Virus record (IMG/VR): IMGVR_UViG_3300034110_000489
Location: 1 to 52,813 of that record
From: a virus
Lineage: Duplodnaviria; Caudoviricetes
Strand: one strand, 5' to 3'
Length of the DNA stretch: 52,813 nucleotides
A program made the translations under genes and the position numbers. Below, piece by piece: positions 28,728 to 38,168 of this stretch (the first letter of the stretch is position 1; every line of letters begins with the position of its first letter). The notes under the pieces are model-generated. The model saw only the letters and a list, made by a program, of their open reading frames with translations, was not told the DNA's origin and did no database searches.

Positions 28728-29462
28728 TTAGCGCCGACCGAAAGCGGCGGCGATGGTTGCGGAGCCGGTCGAGCCGGCGACGGTGTACGACACTCGAAGG
28801 TATCGGTTGACCGTTGTTCCCGAGGCGACGGACAGTCGCTCGGAGGTCTTGGTCGTCGAGGAGACGACCGAGAAAGTAGCGAGATCGGCGAACGTGACGT
28901 TGTCGGCCGAGTGGGCGACCTTGACCGTGATGTTCCCGTTCCGGGTGTTGGCGGTGACGTGAAGCGTCGCGATGCCGCCGTTCGAGGATGAGGCGATCCC
29001 GTCGACGGATGTCCCGGTCGACGTCGACGAGATCACGTCGGACGCTGCGAGGACGAAACCGTGGACTGACTCGCCGTCGGACTGAAGGTCGAGGGACGTC
29101 GAGACGACGTCGGCGACGGGGGAGGAGATGTCGTACTTCGTCTCGATCGACTGTCCGAGGAGACAGCGTCGGCCGACGACGAGTCCGCCGTCCTGAGCGA
29201 TCGTGAACACGACGTCGGTGTCGGATCCGAGAGCGGCCGAGATGACATCGTCGGCGGCGCCGGTGTCATCGTCGAACAGACCGGAGATCGAAACGGTCGA
29301 GTCGCTGAGGCCGGTTACATAGGTCTTGGCGTCTCCTGAGACTCCGAACGTGGTCGTCTCGGCGGTCTCGACGGATGAGGAAATGGACGTCTCTCGGAAA
29401 TACGCGGACAGGTCCGACGATCCAATCAGAACCCGGGTGTTCTTACCGTGACGGAATGGCAT
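28728..29462 (-). CDS. Tail tube paralog with extra C-terminal domain
   Basis: Shares FRHGKN and ETAETTTFGV.G.AKTYV.GL.DST with 28293-28709. Confidence 0.8.
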   Translation of the reverse strand: MPFRHGKNTRVLIGSSDLSAYFRETSISSSVETAETTTFGVSGDAKTYVTGLSDSTVSISGLFDDDTGAADDVISAALGSDTDVVFTIAQDGGLVVGRRCLLGQSIETKYDISSPVADVVSTSLDLQSDGESVHGFVLAASDVISSTSTGTSVDGIASSSNGGIATLHVTANTRNGNITVKVAHSADNVTFADLATFSVVSSTTKTSERLSVASGTTVNRYLRVSYTVAGSTGSATIAAAFGRR

Positions 29463-29656
29463 TAGTTAGCGACCTCCTCGGTCGGTTCGACGGCGTCGGA
29501 GTCTTTGCCGACGAGTTCGACGTACCCCTGCTCTCGTAGCCACTTGATCGAGTCACGAGGGAGATCCTCGACGACGTCTCCGACCTCGGCGCGCTTCGCC
29601 TTGTAATCGAGTCCGGCGTCGCCGGTTGGGCCTCCGGTGATGCGGTAGCGGGCCAT
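29462..29656 (-). CDS. Small virion-associated protein
   Basis: MARYRITGG...GDVVEDLP..SIKWL..QG; GGAGG RBS. Confidence 0.7.
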   Translation of the reverse strand: MARYRITGGPTGDAGLDYKAKRAEVGDVVEDLPRDSIKWLREQGYVELVGKDSDAVEPTEEVAN

Positions 29657-29879
29657 CGAATGCCTCCGTAGGGCGCGAGTGATCCCGTACCGCTTAGGGG
29701 TCACGAGGACACACGAGGCCGGCGGTCGGGGTCACGGTGGACACGAACAACGCTCGAACCGTATCACCTGACCGGCGCTCCCGCTATGGCGGGGGGCGAT
29801 CCCGGCGGAGGGCTGAGACTCCGCCGGGATCATCGTCGGGCGCCATCCGAGGGGAAGCGGGGCGTCGCCGACGAAACCG

Positions 29880-30032
29880 TTACGCCGCGTTGGGCGCCTT
29901 ACATCGTGGACACTTTATACGCCACGGACGGGACAGCGTCTCGGCGAGGAGTCGACCGCATCGCCAGCACCGAACACCCTCGTCGATCTCGGCGCCTCGA
30001 CCGTACGGGTCGCGAGGAGTGTCCTCGATCAT
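29880..30032 (-). CDS. Mu Com-like zinc-finger regulator (not in ORF track)
   Basis: Manual translation MIEDTPRDPYGRGAEIDEGVRCWRCGRLLAETLSRPWRIKCPRCKAPNAA; ATGA overlap. Confidence 0.8.
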   Translation of the reverse strand: MIEDTPRDPYGRGAEIDEGVRCWRCGRLLAETLSRPWRIKCPRCKAPNAA

Positions 30033-30274
30033 GAGAACTGTTCGCCGCAATCGGGGCAGAGAAATACGGGACCTTGATCGCCGAGAGTCGAGACCTCGAC
30101 GGCGTCAGAGTGAGAGCACGGTCGAGGACTCTCGTCCTCGTCGAGTTCGTCGTCGGTCATCGGGGCGCCGGCGTCGATCAGTCGACCGAGCAAGATCCGA
30201 CACGAGTCGAGCGCACGCGTCGCCGCATCGAACGACAGCGCGACCGCTCGGAGGAGATCCGGGTCAGTCGTCAT
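30029..30274 (-). CDS. Small Zn-ribbon protein
   Basis: CSH...CPDC. Confidence 0.65.
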   Translation of the reverse strand: MTTDPDLLRAVALSFDAATRALDSCRILLGRLIDAGAPMTDDELDEDESPRPCSHSDAVEVSTLGDQGPVFLCPDCGEQFS

Positions 30275-30668
30275 ACGTCACCGTGTAGGTCATCGCGACG
30301 CGTGGTCGATCGTTGTCGTCGAGTCCGAGAGGCGACGGGGTGCCAACCTGCTCGACGCGGAGGATCAGGATCCCCGAGATAGTCGAGTTCGAGAGTGCTT
30401 CGAGAGCGGCGGTCACGTTGGCGATCTTGGTTCGGGCCGCCTGATAGTCCTCGCGTGCCGCACGAGCGACGACCTGAAGGTTCGCCACGATCAGAGCGGC
30501 GCCGGACGTGCTGCCCTGAGTGTAGAGCGGATAGCCGGCGCCAGTCTCGTAGATCGTGACGACAGCATCCGGAGACGCCGGAGAGCGCGAGAGAAAGATC
30601 GTCGAGCCGAGCGTTCCGATGCCGGCGCTCTGTAACGCCGATCCGATCACGTCGAGAACTTCGCTCAT
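30264..30668 (-). CDS. Tail terminator
   Basis: PDAVVTIYETG, LQVVAR, LGLDDNDRPR; synteny. Confidence 0.75.
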   Translation of the reverse strand: MSEVLDVIGSALQSAGIGTLGSTIFLSRSPASPDAVVTIYETGAGYPLYTQGSTSGAALIVANLQVVARAAREDYQAARTKIANVTAALEALSNSTISGILILRVEQVGTPSPLGLDDNDRPRVAMTYTVTYDD

Positions 30669-31111
30669 TTCGGAACCTCAGTGTTTTCGTCGGCGGACTG
30701 ACCCTCGGCGGCGGCGGCGTCTCCGGAGTCTTTCCCTTCGGCGGCGCGATCGAGCGCGTCGGCGAGTCGTTTCTCCATGCCGGGGCGCGCCTCCATCAGC
30801 GGGATTTCAAGGAACTTGTAGGTCTTTCCTTTAGCGTGTTGCGCGTCGGGGTCCTCGTGGACATAGAGAGCGTACGGGGCGGCCGGTCCGCCGTAACCGA
30901 TGAGGACTTCGTTGTTCGTTGGTCCCTCGACGACTCCGGAGCCTTTCAAGAATCCCTTATCGACCGGAACGAGACGTTGCGATTTCCTGAAGATCGCCTG
31001 AGCCTCCCGATACAGAGCCTTGTTCAGTTCTTTCGGGACGTCGGTTCGCATCTTTTTCAGACGGGCGAGCATGACCTCCGTTCCGAAAACTGAAAAGTTC
31101 GTTGCCGCCAT
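30665..31111 (-). CDS. HK97 gp10-like tail completion/neck protein
   Basis: VPVDKGFLKGS, PYALYVHE, KFLEIP. Confidence 0.8.
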   Translation of the reverse strand: MAATNFSVFGTEVMLARLKKMRTDVPKELNKALYREAQAIFRKSQRLVPVDKGFLKGSGVVEGPTNNEVLIGYGGPAAPYALYVHEDPDAQHAKGKTYKFLEIPLMEARPGMEKRLADALDRAAEGKDSGDAAAAEGQSADENTEVPK

Positions 31112-31113
31112 CG

Positions 31114-31440
31114 TCAGGCCCCGTAATGGATACAGGTATGATGAGATCCGCGCTCGTCGGTGAAACGGTCGACAGTCAGCACACGAGGAACGGATCCGTC
31201 GGGGAGTGTTATCTTCGAGGCGGGTGTCACGGTCGGACTCGACGCGATGTACACCTTTCCGGTGGCGACGATTTCCTGTCCGTTCTGATCGGTGACCTTG
31301 TGCGCCCCGGTCTGAACTCGACATTTCGTGACAGTCGTCGGAGATGCGTAGGAGTGTTTCGCATACGAGTCGATGGTCGAGACGTTGGCGATCGTGATCG
31401 ACTCGACCATCAGGTCGGAGAGGAGAGTTTCGATCGCCAT
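31114..31440 (-). CDS. Head-tail stopper
   Basis: Synteny; V.D.NGQE.V...KITLPDG. Confidence 0.7.
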   Translation of the reverse strand: MAIETLLSDLMVESITIANVSTIDSYAKHSYASPTTVTKCRVQTGAHKVTDQNGQEIVATGKVYIASSPTVTPASKITLPDGSVPRVLTVDRFTDERGSHHTCIHYGA

Positions 31441-31442
31441 CG

Positions 31443-31829
31443 TTACAGTGTGAACTTGTCGAGGAGGCCGATCGTGAACTCGGCGCCGAGCGCGCCGGCG
31501 TTCGCTTTCGCAATCGGTGGCAGAGTGATAGCGGAGGAGAGACCCTGAAGATGGTCGCCGAGGTGGTGGTACTGAGCCGACTTCTGCGACAGCGACTCGG
31601 ATAGCGAGAGGTCGCCGACGTTGCGGGCCTGATCTGACTCCCGGGAGAACTTCGCTGCGATGGCACGGGCGGCGCCGACAGCGGCGAGAGGTGCCTCGGA
31701 GTACAGCCCCACGAGATAGGCGATCTCCTCGTCGGTGATGAGAGGGTCGGTCGAGTCAGTGTCAGCGACGAGGAAACGGACGGCGTCGCGATCGTTGGCG
31801 GCCGGGTTCCCTGAGTAGGTCCACGTCAT
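31443..31829 (-). CDS. Head-tail adaptor
   Basis: MTWTYSG.P...DAVRFLV.DTD...LITDEEI. Confidence 0.78.
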   Translation of the reverse strand: MTWTYSGNPAANDRDAVRFLVADTDSTDPLITDEEIAYLVGLYSEAPLAAVGAARAIAAKFSRESDQARNVGDLSLSESLSQKSAQYHHLGDHLQGLSSAITLPPIAKANAGALGAEFTIGLLDKFTL

Positions 31830-32215
31830 GTTTTCGACTCCTCCTCGGGCGGCATCCAAAGGCGGCCGCGTGCGAACGTCGGTCGGTCATCGAGACCGGG
31901 GCGGGTAACGGCGAACTCGCGGAGCGTGAAAGCGTGCCACGCGACGGCGTCGAGATGATGAGAGTGTAGTTCAGGATCCTCGTCCTCGCCGTTCCACCAT
32001 GTCCAAAGATGACGGTTCAGAGCGGCGAACGAGATCGACCACGGATAGCCGCGCCGCCAGTTGTGGTCGTCGTATTTGCCGGCGCCTCGGCCGTAATGCT
32101 CTGCCAGCGCGTAGAGAGGGATCTCCGGGATCAGGTCGAAGCGGGCGAGTTTCGTTCCCTTCTCGCCGCCGGTGGTGGGGTCGACATAGCGGACTTCTGC
32201 TCGTCGGTCAGTCAT
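31826..32215 (-). CDS. dATP/dGTP diphosphohydrolase-like protein (DUF5664 type)
   Basis: K.RFDLIP...GAGKY..HNWRRG...AL.RH...ED.E...HHL. Confidence 0.8.
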   Translation of the reverse strand: MTDRRAEVRYVDPTTGGEKGTKLARFDLIPEIPLYALAEHYGRGAGKYDDHNWRRGYPWSISFAALNRHLWTWWNGEDEDPELHSHHLDAVAWHAFTLREFAVTRPGLDDRPTFARGRLWMPPEEESKT

Positions 32216-32366
32216 GAGCACCATCCGAGAGGTCTCGGAGGTTGCGAATGAATCGCCGCCATCGTCGAGTGAGGCGATCGTTTCGGAGTTGCTCGTCGAG
32301 GGTCGCGTCGTCGACCTCGCGTCGGAGTGCCTCGTCTCCGGAGTCATGCTCGGGGAGGTCGGTCAT
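32208..32366 (-). CDS. Hypothetical protein
   Basis: 52 aa, overlaps both neighbours. Confidence 0.5.
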   Translation of the reverse strand: MTDLPEHDSGDEALRREVDDATLDEQLRNDRLTRRWRRFIRNLRDLSDGAHD

Positions 32367-32779
32367 CGGAGCATCGTCTCGACACGGGTCACGATTTCGA
32401 TTCCGTCGAGCGGTTCGAGCATGATCGGCCGGTGTTGAAAGAACTGGTAGAGGGTGCGGCCGGTGAGGGCGGCGACGTGCGCCTCGGCGCGTGCTCCTTC
32501 TGAGCCTGTCCAACCGGGGAGGAGAGCGACGGCGTCGACGTCGAGGACATCCAAGAAACAATGTTTCAGCGCGTCGGGGAGGTTGAATCCGATCTCGTCG
32601 AGATCCTCTCGGCCGGTGAGTCCGACCGGATCGAAGTCGGCGTTTCGGTCACGTTCGGCGGGGCATCGGACATTCCATCCGGCGGAGCCGAGTCGCATCC
32701 GTGCCGCGTCGAACGACGGGAAATTGAACTGAGGTATGCCGCGCATAGGGCCGGCAATGTAGATGGAAGTCGGGATCAC
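32363..32779 (-). CDS. DUF4406 / nucleoside 2-deoxyribosyltransferase-like protein
   Basis: IYIAGPMRG...FNFPSF...LLPGW..SEGARAE. Confidence 0.85.
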   Translation of the reverse strand: MIPTSIYIAGPMRGIPQFNFPSFDAARMRLGSAGWNVRCPAERDRNADFDPVGLTGREDLDEIGFNLPDALKHCFLDVLDVDAVALLPGWTGSEGARAEAHVAALTGRTLYQFFQHRPIMLEPLDGIEIVTRVETMLR

Positions 32780-32827
32780 GGACTAGAACTCCGGGTCGTC
32801 GGGATAGGGGTCGGGGACGTTACCGGA

Positions 32828-34084
32828 TCATCCTACGATGTCGAGGTCTCCCCACCCGCGAGCACCGTAACCGCGTCCGACTCCGAACATGAGTTGCCCC
32901 GACGGCGAATGGCTCCCGGTCTGAGCGGTCCACCAGTACGAACCGCCATCCTGCGCGGGGCATTGAATATGGGTCCGCCCGGTGGACTCGGCGATTACGA
33001 GGTGGTGGAGATGTCCGGTAATGAGAATGTCAGCGTCGGCGATCGGTTGCCGACCCATGATCTGACCGGTCCACCATTTCTCGGCCTTCGCTGCGGCGTG
33101 ACCTCCACCTCGGCCGAACTGATGTCCGTGAGCGAGTCCGACGTTCACGCCTGACACGCCGAGGACGAGAGTCAGGTCGCGCGCTAGGACTGTCGAGACA
33201 TGACCGTAACGCTCCGGGTTAGCCGCGCAGATTTCCGCGGTCTCCTCGATTACCGCTAGGTCGGAGTTATCGGTCCACGTCGTGTACGCCTTGCCGTCGC
33301 GTCGTGCTTCGCCGTGATTGCCGGGAACGCCGGCGATGACGACTCTCGGGACCAGTGCGGCGGCGACGTCGACACCTCGGAGCCATAGGCGACGGACGAC
33401 TCGTTTCTGCTCTCGGTTGTCGAGGTCGGTCTGAAACTCCATCATCGGGTAGAAGCCGGAGCATCCTTCGAGGGTGTCGCCCATGCCGAGGAGATAGATA
33501 GCGCCCGGTGCTCGACCGGCGCGTTTCATTTCTCGGACCTTGTCGACCATCGCGTCGATACCTCGACTGATCCTCTCCACGGCCGCCGGAGACCCTCCGC
33601 CTTCGCCCTTGCCGATCTGCCAGTCGGAGAGCGGGACGACGAGAGAGACGTCCTCAGAGTCGACCTCGGGGACCGTGCGCGCCTTGCGACCGAGAGCGAG
33701 GCGACAGAGTTCGTCGACGTCGGCCCGGTCGATCGACACCTCGGCGGAGCGCTGTCGGATCGTCGCCCGGTAATAGCGGAGACGACGGATCTCTCCGCCG
33801 CCGATGTTCGCATCCCATCCCCGAACCTGAATCGAGCCGGGGACGACCTCGGTCGTCGTCGGGTCGAGGTTCCAGTCGGCGAGGAGTTCGGCCCATAGGG
33901 CGTCGTTCGGCTCGACGTCGAGAGGTCCGGTCGTGATCTGACCTTCGGACCCATCCCACGCGATGCCGGACTCCCATCCCGCCGGCGCCGGAGCGGGGCG
34001 ACGGTCAGCGCGTCGGAGAGCCTTTTCGAGAGCGTCGGGATCCTGACCCGGGATCGAGATCGCCTCCTCGTATGGATCGCTCAC
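32828..34084 (-). CDS. Calcineurin-like metallophosphoesterase
   Basis: SDWQIG, GDTLEG, PGNHG, AHGH, TGHLHH. Confidence 0.85.
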   Translation of the reverse strand: MSDPYEEAISIPGQDPDALEKALRRADRRPAPAPAGWESGIAWDGSEGQITTGPLDVEPNDALWAELLADWNLDPTTTEVVPGSIQVRGWDANIGGGEIRRLRYYRATIRQRSAEVSIDRADVDELCRLALGRKARTVPEVDSEDVSLVVPLSDWQIGKGEGGGSPAAVERISRGIDAMVDKVREMKRAGRAPGAIYLLGMGDTLEGCSGFYPMMEFQTDLDNREQKRVVRRLWLRGVDVAAALVPRVVIAGVPGNHGEARRDGKAYTTWTDNSDLAVIEETAEICAANPERYGHVSTVLARDLTLVLGVSGVNVGLAHGHQFGRGGGHAAAKAEKWWTGQIMGRQPIADADILITGHLHHLVIAESTGRTHIQCPAQDGGSYWWTAQTGSHSPSGQLMFGVGRGYGARGWGDLDIVG

Positions 34085-34377
34085 GAGTACGCCTCATCGG
34101 GACACGAGCACGAGCGCCGGCGGTGACGGCCGAGCGTGTCGGGGCGGAGACTGATCCCGAGGGTTTCGTTCACGGCGGCGATGATCGGAGCGTGTGTCAG
34201 TTCCTCTACGGGCAGGTTGATGTATCCGACGAGCCGGGTCCGATACTCGCCGGGGTCGAGGTCGATGATGACTCGACCAACAGAGCACCCGCGCGCGTAC
34301 CAAGTGTTTCGGTGTCCCTCGACGAGTGAGGAGAGAGCGTCGGCGTTCGGGGTGGTGGGCGTTGTCATGGGATCCAT
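34081..34377 (-). CDS. Hypothetical protein coupled to phosphoesterase
   Basis: CSV...RHRRRSCSC; GTGA overlap. Confidence 0.6.
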   Translation of the reverse strand: MDPMTTPTTPNADALSSLVEGHRNTWYARGCSVGRVIIDLDPGEYRTRLVGYINLPVEELTHAPIIAAVNETLGISLRPDTLGRHRRRSCSCPDEAYS

Positions 34378-34412
34378 TCTTACCGACGAGCGAGATGAAC
34401 GGGGGTATGGTC

Positions 34413-34961
34413 CTACCGGACTGCTCCGACCTGCGTAACCGTCAGGATCACGGACGGGACCGCCGGTCGGATAGGGCCGGTTCTCGTGCCGCTCGCGAGT
34501 AACCGCATACTGCTATCCGGTGTTGACCACACGAGCCGGAAATACTGTCCGGCAGTGAACGTGTAGACCCAGTTCCAAGCGGCGACGATTCGTCCCGGAT
34601 TGTTGGGAATGGTGAGATCGGTCGCCGACCGTGCCACGTTGCCCCCGTCGACGTCGAGCCATACGGTGACGTCATCGGATCCGCCGTCGGTCTTGTCGAG
34701 TTGCGCCGAAAACTGAACGTTGTATGTGCCGGGGTTAGCGATCACGATCCGATTCGACGGCGATCCGATAGACACGCCGAAAGACTCCTCGGTCGTGTCG
34801 AACGTCATCGGCGTAGCGGTGTTCGCCGTGATGGTCTGAGTCGTCGAGTCTGAGAAAGCACCATAGAAACCGAAAGCGAATCCGGTTTCGAGAGCGTCGG
34901 TCGCCGACTGCCAGTCCCCACGATCAGAGTTCTTGAAAAACTGTCGCCCACTGAATGCCAT
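34413..34961 (-). CDS. Virion structural protein (C1q/BclA-like)
   Basis: YGAFSD.TTQ, GTYNVQFSAQL, PSVILTVTQV. Confidence 0.65.
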   Translation of the reverse strand: MAFSGRQFFKNSDRGDWQSATDALETGFAFGFYGAFSDSTTQTITANTATPMTFDTTEESFGVSIGSPSNRIVIANPGTYNVQFSAQLDKTDGGSDDVTVWLDVDGGNVARSATDLTIPNNPGRIVAAWNWVYTFTAGQYFRLVWSTPDSSMRLLASGTRTGPIRPAVPSVILTVTQVGAVR

Positions 34962-34978
34962 CGTTTGAACTCCCGCGT

Positions 34979-35509
34979 TCAGATGCTCAGAGTCGTGAAC
35001 GGTTCGCAGACCCCGACCGAGTGTAGCGCGGCGGCGGCGAGGGCGGTCAGGATCCGACGTCGAGGGTTGCCGGTCGTGGACGCTAACGATCCGAGAGCGA
35101 ACTCGGATCCGCATCCGATCGACTCATACCCGAGGACTGATCGTCCGACGTGGTAGTCGTCGTCGACACAATAGAGAGCGCCCCGGTATCCGACGAGAAA
35201 CGATCCTCCCGTCTCCTCGCCGTGATCGTCTCGGGCGACTCCGCCATCGCGGAAGCACTGTCGGACAGCGTCGACGAACACGGTACAGAGATGCTCGAAG
35301 TCGTCAGCGGTCGAGGTCTGCTCCGGGACGTCGAGCGTGAACCGGAGTAACTGACCCATCCGAAACGACTCGGTGAAACCGATGAGATAGGGACCGACCC
35401 GGAAAACTTTCGGATCGACACGAGCGACGATCCGCATCTCCCCGACGGCGGCCGCGTCTCCGCCGATCGTTACCCGTCCGTCGTGTTCGAGACCGACGAT
35501 ACAGGTCAT
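34979..35509 (-). CDS. HslV/proteasome-beta-like Ntn hydrolase
   Basis: MTCIVG (N-terminal Thr), GGD, KVF, SIGCGSEFALGSL. Confidence 0.75.
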   Translation of the reverse strand: MTCIVGLEHDGRVTIGGDAAAVGEMRIVARVDPKVFRVGPYLIGFTESFRMGQLLRFTLDVPEQTSTADDFEHLCTVFVDAVRQCFRDGGVARDDHGEETGGSFLVGYRGALYCVDDDYHVGRSVLGYESIGCGSEFALGSLASTTGNPRRRILTALAAAALHSVGVCEPFTTLSI

Positions 35510-35513
35510 GAGA

Positions 35514-35813
35514 TTAGTCTTCGACCGGTGCCGTCTTGTCGACGTGAACGATCTTTCCCGACGGCGTGGACTCGACACGCGTCGAGCGTTTCACGGCGGT
35601 CTTCTTTGCCGGTGCTTTCTTAGCGGCGGCCTTCTTGACGGGTTTCGGCGCGTCGACGATCTCGTCCGGTGCGGCGACAAGGTAGCCACGGTCGACGAGT
35701 TGGAACGCGTTCCGATATTCCGTTACGTCGACGATTTCGCCGGGGATCATGCGGCGCCCATCGCAGTCGAACGGACGTCGGACGCGATGCGGGCCTACTG
35801 TTGGGATGCTCAC
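35514..35813 (-). CDS. Small protein with histone-like PAKK tail
   Basis: KPVKKAAAKKAPAKKTAVK; follows major capsid gene. Confidence 0.65.
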   Translation of the reverse strand: MSIPTVGPHRVRRPFDCDGRRMIPGEIVDVTEYRNAFQLVDRGYLVAAPDEIVDAPKPVKKAAAKKAPAKKTAVKRSTRVESTPSGKIVHVDKTAPVED

Positions 35814-35847
35814 GGGGAGACTCTTTTCGTTTCAGGTTGTACGCGAA

Positions 35848-35892
35848 GATCGCCGGCCCTGTCCCACCGAGAGGAGGACGGGACCGGCGATC
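35848..35892 (-). terminator. Hairpin after major capsid gene
   Basis: gatcgccgg.cc.gtcc...ggacgggaccggcgatc inverted repeat. Confidence 0.55.
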
Positions 35893-35906
35893 GACAGCGT
35901 GAAGGA

Positions 35907-36884
35907 TCAGGCTACAGCGGTACCGAAGAAGAAACCGAGATCGGCGGCGGTGACCTTGTTAGCGAAAGCGAGTTCGCCTTCGATGCGGTCGGCCTTCAGT
36001 GACTCCATGCGGATACGACTCACGCCGACAGTAGCGCCGAGGTTACCGGACACTCCGCGCCATGCGAAGGTGTAACCGGCCGAAGGAGTCATAAGACCCG
36101 GGTTCGGTGCTGAGTAGGTGAGTAGTGCGCTCTTGCCAGTGTTGAACGCGTAGGCCGGTGTCGCGCCTTCTGCGTTCGTGGCACGAACTGACGACGACAC
36201 GAGCACACGCTCGACGTCGAACAGGCGGGCCATGATGTCGGTCGTGATGACGTTCGACGAGGTGTACTTGATGCGGTCGACAAGGTCGGGATGGTTACGC
36301 AACTTGCGGTAGACCTGATAACCGAGAACGAGCGTGTTCGGCATGAAGCCAGTGGCTCCGAGAATCGCTTCCTTGCCGGACTCGATGTCTTCGATCGGGT
36401 CAGAGTTGGCGTAGTCGCTCCACTGCTTGAACTCCGCGGTTGACGGTGTACCAGCGACGCCGACCCAGTCGGTTCCCCATACGCCGCTCTTGATGAAGTC
36501 CGAAACGAACTGAACTTCTTGGCGGAGGAGGAGACGAGAGGTCACGAACTCGGTCGCTTCACGATCCGGAACGAGCGGTGTGTCGCTGTTGTAACGGGTC
36601 TGATCGCCTACGTCCTTGTGGAATGCGAACACGTCCGCACTGTAGGAGGAGGTCGTCAGGTTGTAACCGGATCCGGCGGACTCGGTCGCGTCTGCGCGAC
36701 GTTGTGCTTCGTCACGGAACCAGTCGTTCTTCGTGTAGACGAAAAACTTGTCTGACTTCTTGTCGACCGGGATAACCGGGAACACCTTGTTGGCGATGAA
36801 GTTTTCCTGAGCCTGAAGGTAGGCGATGGAAATGTTCGTCAGTGGTGCGTCGACGTGAACCTGATTGAGGTTTGGCTGAGGCAT
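35907..36884 (-). CDS. Major capsid protein
   Basis: VHVDAPLTNISIAY, FIA.KVFP, PNTLVLG, PSAGYTF; synteny. Confidence 0.9.
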   Translation of the reverse strand: MPQPNLNQVHVDAPLTNISIAYLQAQENFIANKVFPVIPVDKKSDKFFVYTKNDWFRDEAQRRADATESAGSGYNLTTSSYSADVFAFHKDVGDQTRYNSDTPLVPDREATEFVTSRLLLRQEVQFVSDFIKSGVWGTDWVGVAGTPSTAEFKQWSDYANSDPIEDIESGKEAILGATGFMPNTLVLGYQVYRKLRNHPDLVDRIKYTSSNVITTDIMARLFDVERVLVSSSVRATNAEGATPAYAFNTGKSALLTYSAPNPGLMTPSAGYTFAWRGVSGNLGATVGVSRIRMESLKADRIEGELAFANKVTAADLGFFFGTAVA

Positions 36885-36898
36885 TTTCTAGTTTCCGA

Positions 36899-37297
36899 TC
36901 AGGCGGCGCGGCCGGGGGCGGCGCAGTTGATGATTGCGGACATGATGTCGCCGGACGCTGCGGTAGCGAGCGGAGCACCGAGGATGTACTTCGTGGTATC
37001 GGTTCCTGCTGCGAGCGGTGTCGCTGCTCCTGCGGAGGTGGTGCCGAGAATGAAGTGAGTACCGAGCGTGATCGTCGCGCCGGCCTTCAACTTCGTGCCA
37101 CCAGTTACAAGAACTTCGGCTTCTTGACCGGAGGTCGGAGCGTTCTGAAGAACACCGAGCGGAATGTCAGTTGCGGCGGCAACCGCGACGACTGAACCGG
37201 CGGAGTTCTGCTTCACGAATGTGTACTGAAGTGCCGAGAGATCAGCGCCCGCGACGCGGGTCACCTTGACGGCGTAGTTACTGATTTCGTATGCCAT
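36899..37297 (-). CDS. Capsid decoration/cement protein
   Basis: AGADLS..QY.FVK...GVLQNAP..GQEA.V. Confidence 0.8.
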   Translation of the reverse strand: MAYEISNYAVKVTRVAGADLSALQYTFVKQNSAGSVVAVAAATDIPLGVLQNAPTSGQEAEVLVTGGTKLKAGATITLGTHFILGTTSAGAATPLAAGTDTTKYILGAPLATAASGDIMSAIINCAAPGRAA

Positions 37298-37299
37298 GT

Positions 37300-38085
37300 T
37301 CAGGCACCTTTCTCATTGAGATGACGGGCGTACAGGTCGGGGTTCTGCTCGGCGACCTTGACGAACGCCTGCTCGAACGTGGGGGAGATGCCGGCTTCGA
37401 GTGCCGACTTCGCGAGACCTTCGAGCGTCTCGTAAGCATCTGTGCTTTCGGGACGACCGGCCTTACCGATCTCTGCGAAAATACCGGCGCTTTCGGCCTG
37501 AGCGTTGGCGGCGGAGAGGACAGTCTCGACAGCGGCGGCGAGATCGGAGTCGACCTCTGCCATCTTGCGGAGCATCGGTCCGACCTGAGCGGCGTCGAGT
37601 GAGAGCGACGTCCACGCTGCGGCCTTTGCGATTGCTGCTTCGTCGGCTCGGATGGCGCGTTCCTTGCGGAGTTCGTCTTCTGAGGCGGCGGCCTTTGCGA
37701 GAGCGTTAGTCACGGCGGCGGCCTGATCGTCGAGCATCTTTCGGACGGCCTCGGGGACCGACTTCAGGAGATCCTCGTCGACGGTGTCGTCGGCGGTTTC
37801 TGCGATTGCGGGGACCTCGACAGCGGCGAGCGCTGCTTCGAGTTCGGCGATACGTTCGTTCGCCTTTGCGAGTTCGTCGACCGGGGCGGCCTCGACCTCG
37901 GGAACCTGATCTTCCATCGGGTATTCCTCCGGGTTAGTTGGTTGGGCGGCGGCCCTGATTGCGTCGAGTAGTTCGGTGGCCTCGGCGGCGTCGGTTGCCT
38001 TCATGACGAGCCATCCTTCTCGGAGGTGCGCGGGATGATCGACCCCGGACGTCTCCTCGATGTTCATCTCGATAAGTTTCGGCAT
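37300..38085 (-). CDS. Scaffold protein with N-terminal protease-like segment
   Basis: Acidic coiled coil with repeated KA/KS; N-terminal IEETSGVDHPAH. Confidence 0.8.
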   Translation of the reverse strand: MPKLIEMNIEETSGVDHPAHLREGWLVMKATDAAEATELLDAIRAAAQPTNPEEYPMEDQVPEVEAAPVDELAKANERIAELEAALAAVEVPAIAETADDTVDEDLLKSVPEAVRKMLDDQAAAVTNALAKAAASEDELRKERAIRADEAAIAKAAAWTSLSLDAAQVGPMLRKMAEVDSDLAAAVETVLSAANAQAESAGIFAEIGKAGRPESTDAYETLEGLAKSALEAGISPTFEQAFVKVAEQNPDLYARHLNEKGA

Positions 38086-38168
38086 ACGTGCTTCCTCGGT
38101 TCGCGATGCGGACTCGACGTCGTTAGCGTAGCAACGATCGAGCGCGCGTCAATGGATGACGGTTCGGA

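Noticed and set aside
29760-30030. tRNA or ncRNA in the apparent intergenic gap
   Set aside because: No cloverleaf; most of the gap encodes the Com-like ORF
31826-32215. 2-aminoadenine (Z) genome pathway
   Set aside because: A dATP/dGTP diphosphohydrolase-like gene is present, but no PurZ or phage DNA polymerase was found
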